Shown here one piece after another: positions 35,705-38,148 of a stretch of 38,148 nucleotides of DNA (the stretch's first letter is position 1; each line of letters begins with the position of its first letter). The DNA comes from a bacterium (GTDB taxonomy: Bacteria > Patescibacteriota > UBA1384 > CAJBMM01). The notes beneath the pieces were generated by a model. That model searched no databases. It was given only the letters and a program-made list of their open reading frames with translations, and was not told where the DNA came from. Where the stretch lies: NCBI GenBank assembly GCA_027364665.1, contig DAHXOW010000044.1, positions 1 through 38,148 on the forward strand, given 5' to 3'. A program made the translations under genes and the position numbers.

Positions 35705-35770
35705 GCCTTCTCCTGGCAAATTTACGGATCTTGCTTCCTTTAAAATTCTTCTGAAGCAATTATCCTTTCT

Positions 35771-36097
35771 CTACATTTTAATTTCTACATCTACACCGGA
35801 CGGCAGGTCCAACGACATTAACGCGTCAATTGTCTTGCTTGTTGGCTCCACTACATCTATCAAACGTTTATGAACCCTCATCTCAAATTGTTCTCGTGAG
35901 TCTTTGTGAACGTGAGGAGAACGAATGACCGTGATGATTTTCTTATCGGTCGGTAAAGGCACCGGACCTATAACGGAGGCCCCGGAACGCTCGGCGGTTT
36001 GAATTATCTGATCAGCTGACTTGTCAATAATGCGATAATCATAGGCCTTGAGTCGGATTCTGATTCTCTGCTTTGGGTCGTCTTTCGTCTTTACCAT
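35771..36097 (-). CDS. rpsJ: 30S ribosomal protein uS10
   Basis: [32 protein letters not shown]. Confidence 0.98.
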   Translation of the reverse strand: MVKTKDDPKQRIRIRLKAYDYRIIDKSADQIIQTAERSGASVIGPVPLPTDKKIITVIRSPHVHKDSREQFEMRVHKRLIDVVEPTSKTIDALMSLDLPSGVDVEIKM

Positions 36098-36120
36098 CTT
36101 GATGCGCCAATCCTACTCAA

Positions 36121-37305
36121 TTATTTATTAATCTTTGTAACGATGCCAGCTCCGACTGTCCGTCCTCCCTCGCGGATAGCAAAATGCATGCTTGCTTCCA
36201 TAGCGATTGGTACGATCAACTTAACATCCATATTGATTTTGTCTCCAGGCATAACCATTTCTACGCCTTCCGGAAGGATAACTTCTCCGGTTACATCGGT
36301 TGTTCGGATATAAAACTGCGGCTTATAACCCTTAAAGAATGGCGTATGACGTCCACCTTCCTCTTTGGTTAATATGTAAACTTCGGCTGAAAAATCTGTA
36401 TGAGGAGTAATGCTGCCAGGTTTGGCTAAAACCTGTCCTCTTTCGATATCGTCACGCTCAATACCTCTGAGTAATAATCCGACGTTATCACCGGCTTGAC
36501 CCTGATCAAGAAGTTTTTTGAACATCTCAACGCCAGTAACAACAGTTTTGCGGGTCGGTCTGATTCCAACAACATCGACTTCTTCGTTTACTTTGACGAC
36601 TCCTCTTTCTATTCTGCCTGTTCCGACAGTTCCGCGTCCTTTAATTGAAAATACGTCCTCAATCGGCATCAAAAACGGCTTGTCGAGATCTCTTACCGGT
36701 TCGGGAATGTATTCGTCAAGCGCGTTTAGTAGTTCCATAATTTTTTCTTCATATTTCGGATCTCCCTCAAGGGCCTTCAAGGCTGATCCGCGAATAATCG
36801 GGGTGTTGTCGCCGTCAAATTCATATTTATTGAGTAATTCACGGATTTCCATTTCAACCAGATCGAGTAATTCCGGATCTGAAACCATATCGACTTTGTT
36901 CATGAATACTACAATTCGCGGTACACCAACTTGCTTGGCCAATAAAATATGCTCTCTCGTTTGTGGCATAGGACCGTCTGTTGCGGCTACGACCAAAATA
37001 GCACCATCCATTTGGGCGGCGCCAGTGATCATATTTTTCACATAGTCTGCGTGTCCTGGACAGTCAACGTGGGCATAATGACGCTTTTCTGTTTCGTATT
37101 CAGCATGTGAGGTAGCAATGGTAATGCCTCGGGCTTTTTCTTCCGGAGCGTTGTCAATTTCCTCAAATTTTTTGGCTTTTGCCAATCCCTTCTTAGCCAA
37201 AACAGCCGTAATTGCTGCTGTTAAAGTGGTCTTTCCATGATCAACATGACCAATTGTGCCGACGTTAATATGCGGCTTTGTTCTCTCGTATTTTTCTTGC
37301 GCCAT
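36121..37305 (-). CDS. tuf: Elongation factor Tu
   Basis: [42 protein letters not shown]. Confidence 0.99.
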   Translation of the reverse strand: MAQEKYERTKPHINVGTIGHVDHGKTTLTAAITAVLAKKGLAKAKKFEEIDNAPEEKARGITIATSHAEYETEKRHYAHVDCPGHADYVKNMITGAAQMDGAILVVAATDGPMPQTREHILLAKQVGVPRIVVFMNKVDMVSDPELLDLVEMEIRELLNKYEFDGDNTPIIRGSALKALEGDPKYEEKIMELLNALDEYIPEPVRDLDKPFLMPIEDVFSIKGRGTVGTGRIERGVVKVNEEVDVVGIRPTRKTVVTGVEMFKKLLDQGQAGDNVGLLLRGIERDDIERGQVLAKPGSITPHTDFSAEVYILTKEEGGRHTPFFKGYKPQFYIRTTDVTGEVILPEGVEMVMPGDKINMDVKLIVPIAMEASMHFAIREGGRTVGAGIVTKINK

Positions 37306-37340
37306 TTAGCTCTCCTTACTCTTGACCTATTAGTGTTGTT

Positions 37341-37369
37341 ACTATAGCTGATTAATCTGAAAACGTCAA
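37341..37369 (-). promoter_or_regulatory. Internal sigma70 promoter upstream of tuf
   Basis: Minus strand TTGACG (37369-37364), 17 nt, TATAGT (37346-37341). Confidence 0.75.
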
Positions 37370-37383
37370 CGCTTAGTTGACTA

Positions 37384-38148
37384 CTATTTGATCTTACCGC
37401 TGACTATTGATTCCTGAACGCTGTTAGGCACTGTTTCATAGCGTTCAAACTCCATTGAATACGAGGCTCTGCCCTGTGACATTGAGCGAAGAGTGGTGGC
37501 ATAGCCGAACATTGAAGCAAGCGGTACGGTAGCATCGACGACTTTTGCGTTTCCTCTTTCTGACATTTGCATAATTTGACCACGCTTAGAATTTAAATCA
37601 CCGATAATATCACCCATAAACTCTTCCGGAGTCGTGACTTCGATTTTCATAATCGGTTCCAGAATAACCGGATCGGCTTTTTTAACTGCGTCTTGTAAAG
37701 CCATCGATCCGGCAATTTTAAATGCCAATTCTGACGAATCGACTTCGTGGAACGTTCCATCGTACAAAGTTACCTCTATTCCCTCGACTGGGTAACCGGC
37801 AATTACGCCTTTGCTCATAGCTTCCTTCACGCCCTGTTCAACTGCCGGAATATATTCCTTAGGTATTGCTCCGCCAACTATTTTGTTGTTGAAGATGAAT
37901 GGTTCGTTGTCGGCGCTTGGTCCGACTCTCAAAAAGACATGTCCGTATTGACCGCGGCCGCCTGATTGTCGAATGAATTTTCCTTCCTGCTCAACGGTTT
38001 TTCGAATAGTTTCACGATATGCGACTTGAGGTTTGCCTGACTGTACCTCTACTTTAAATTCACGTTTCATTCGATCTACGATAATCTCGAGGTGCAATTC
38101 ACCCATTCCAGAAAGAATTGTTTGTCCGGTTTCCTGGTCAGATTTGAC
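37384..38148 (-). CDS. fusA: Elongation factor G, C-terminal part (5' end outside window)
   Basis: Frame is open to the window edge: [52 protein letters not shown]. Confidence 0.98.
   Translation of the reverse strand, partial: VKSDQETGQTILSGMGELHLEIIVDRMKREFKVEVQSGKPQVAYRETIRKTVEQEGKFIRQSGGRGQYGHVFLRVGPSADNEPFIFNNKIVGGAIPKEYIPAVEQGVKEAMSKGVIAGYPVEGIEVTLYDGTFHEVDSSELAFKIAGSMALQDAVKKADPVILEPIMKIEVTTPEEFMGDIIGDLNSKRGQIMQMSERGNAKVVDATVPLASMFGYATTLRSMSQGRASYSMEFERYETVPNSVQESIVSGKIK

Noticed and set aside
36518..37045. 175-aa plus-strand ORF opposite tuf
   Set aside because: Antisense shadow ORF with the Ser/Thr/Ile/Pro-rich composition expected from tuf codon bias.
1..38148. tRNA, rRNA, CRISPR arrays, integrases, transposases, inteins or introns
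   Set aside because: None seen by eye. Conserved genes have normal or shortened lengths, and the gaps lack cloverleaf or repeat-spacer patterns. tRNAscan-SE and cmscan would be needed to exclude divergent RNAs.

Overview
A gene-dense, mostly housekeeping window, most likely from a Patescibacteria (CPR) genome using the standard code 11. The main evidence for CPR is that rpmD/uL30 is absent between rpsE and rplO, AspRS lacks the GAD domain, and several ribosomal proteins are trimmed. About 24 kb on the minus strand forms a near-continuous translation cluster: fusA(partial)-tuf-S10-spc-secY-[LysM protein]-adk-map, then infA-rpmJ-alpha cluster-rplM-rpsI-rbfA-[4-TM protein]-pheS-pheT-aspS-pseudouridine synthase, followed by a D,D-carboxypeptidase. 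It converges on leuS-yceD-rpmF-nusB-rnc. The left 8.3 kb holds a partial MazG-like gene, a VapBC toxin-antitoxin pair with a clear palindromic operator, a GT4 glycosyltransferase and an orphan MNT antitoxin whose HEPN partner has decayed. It also holds a cell-wall block: ddl converging on ECF sigma / membrane partner / alpha-beta hydrolase / membrane-anchored MurF. I found no tRNA, rRNA, CRISPR array or transposase, and no clearly new multi-gene system. The best leads are the ECF sigma plus uncharacterised membrane partner next to murF, a 30-bp duplication of the ddl 3' end around a hairpin, a structured RNA candidate at 2907-3012, the self-promoted LysM gene inside the spc operon, and a recurring leaderless-promoter pattern. 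All family assignments come from motifs read by eye; no searches were run.
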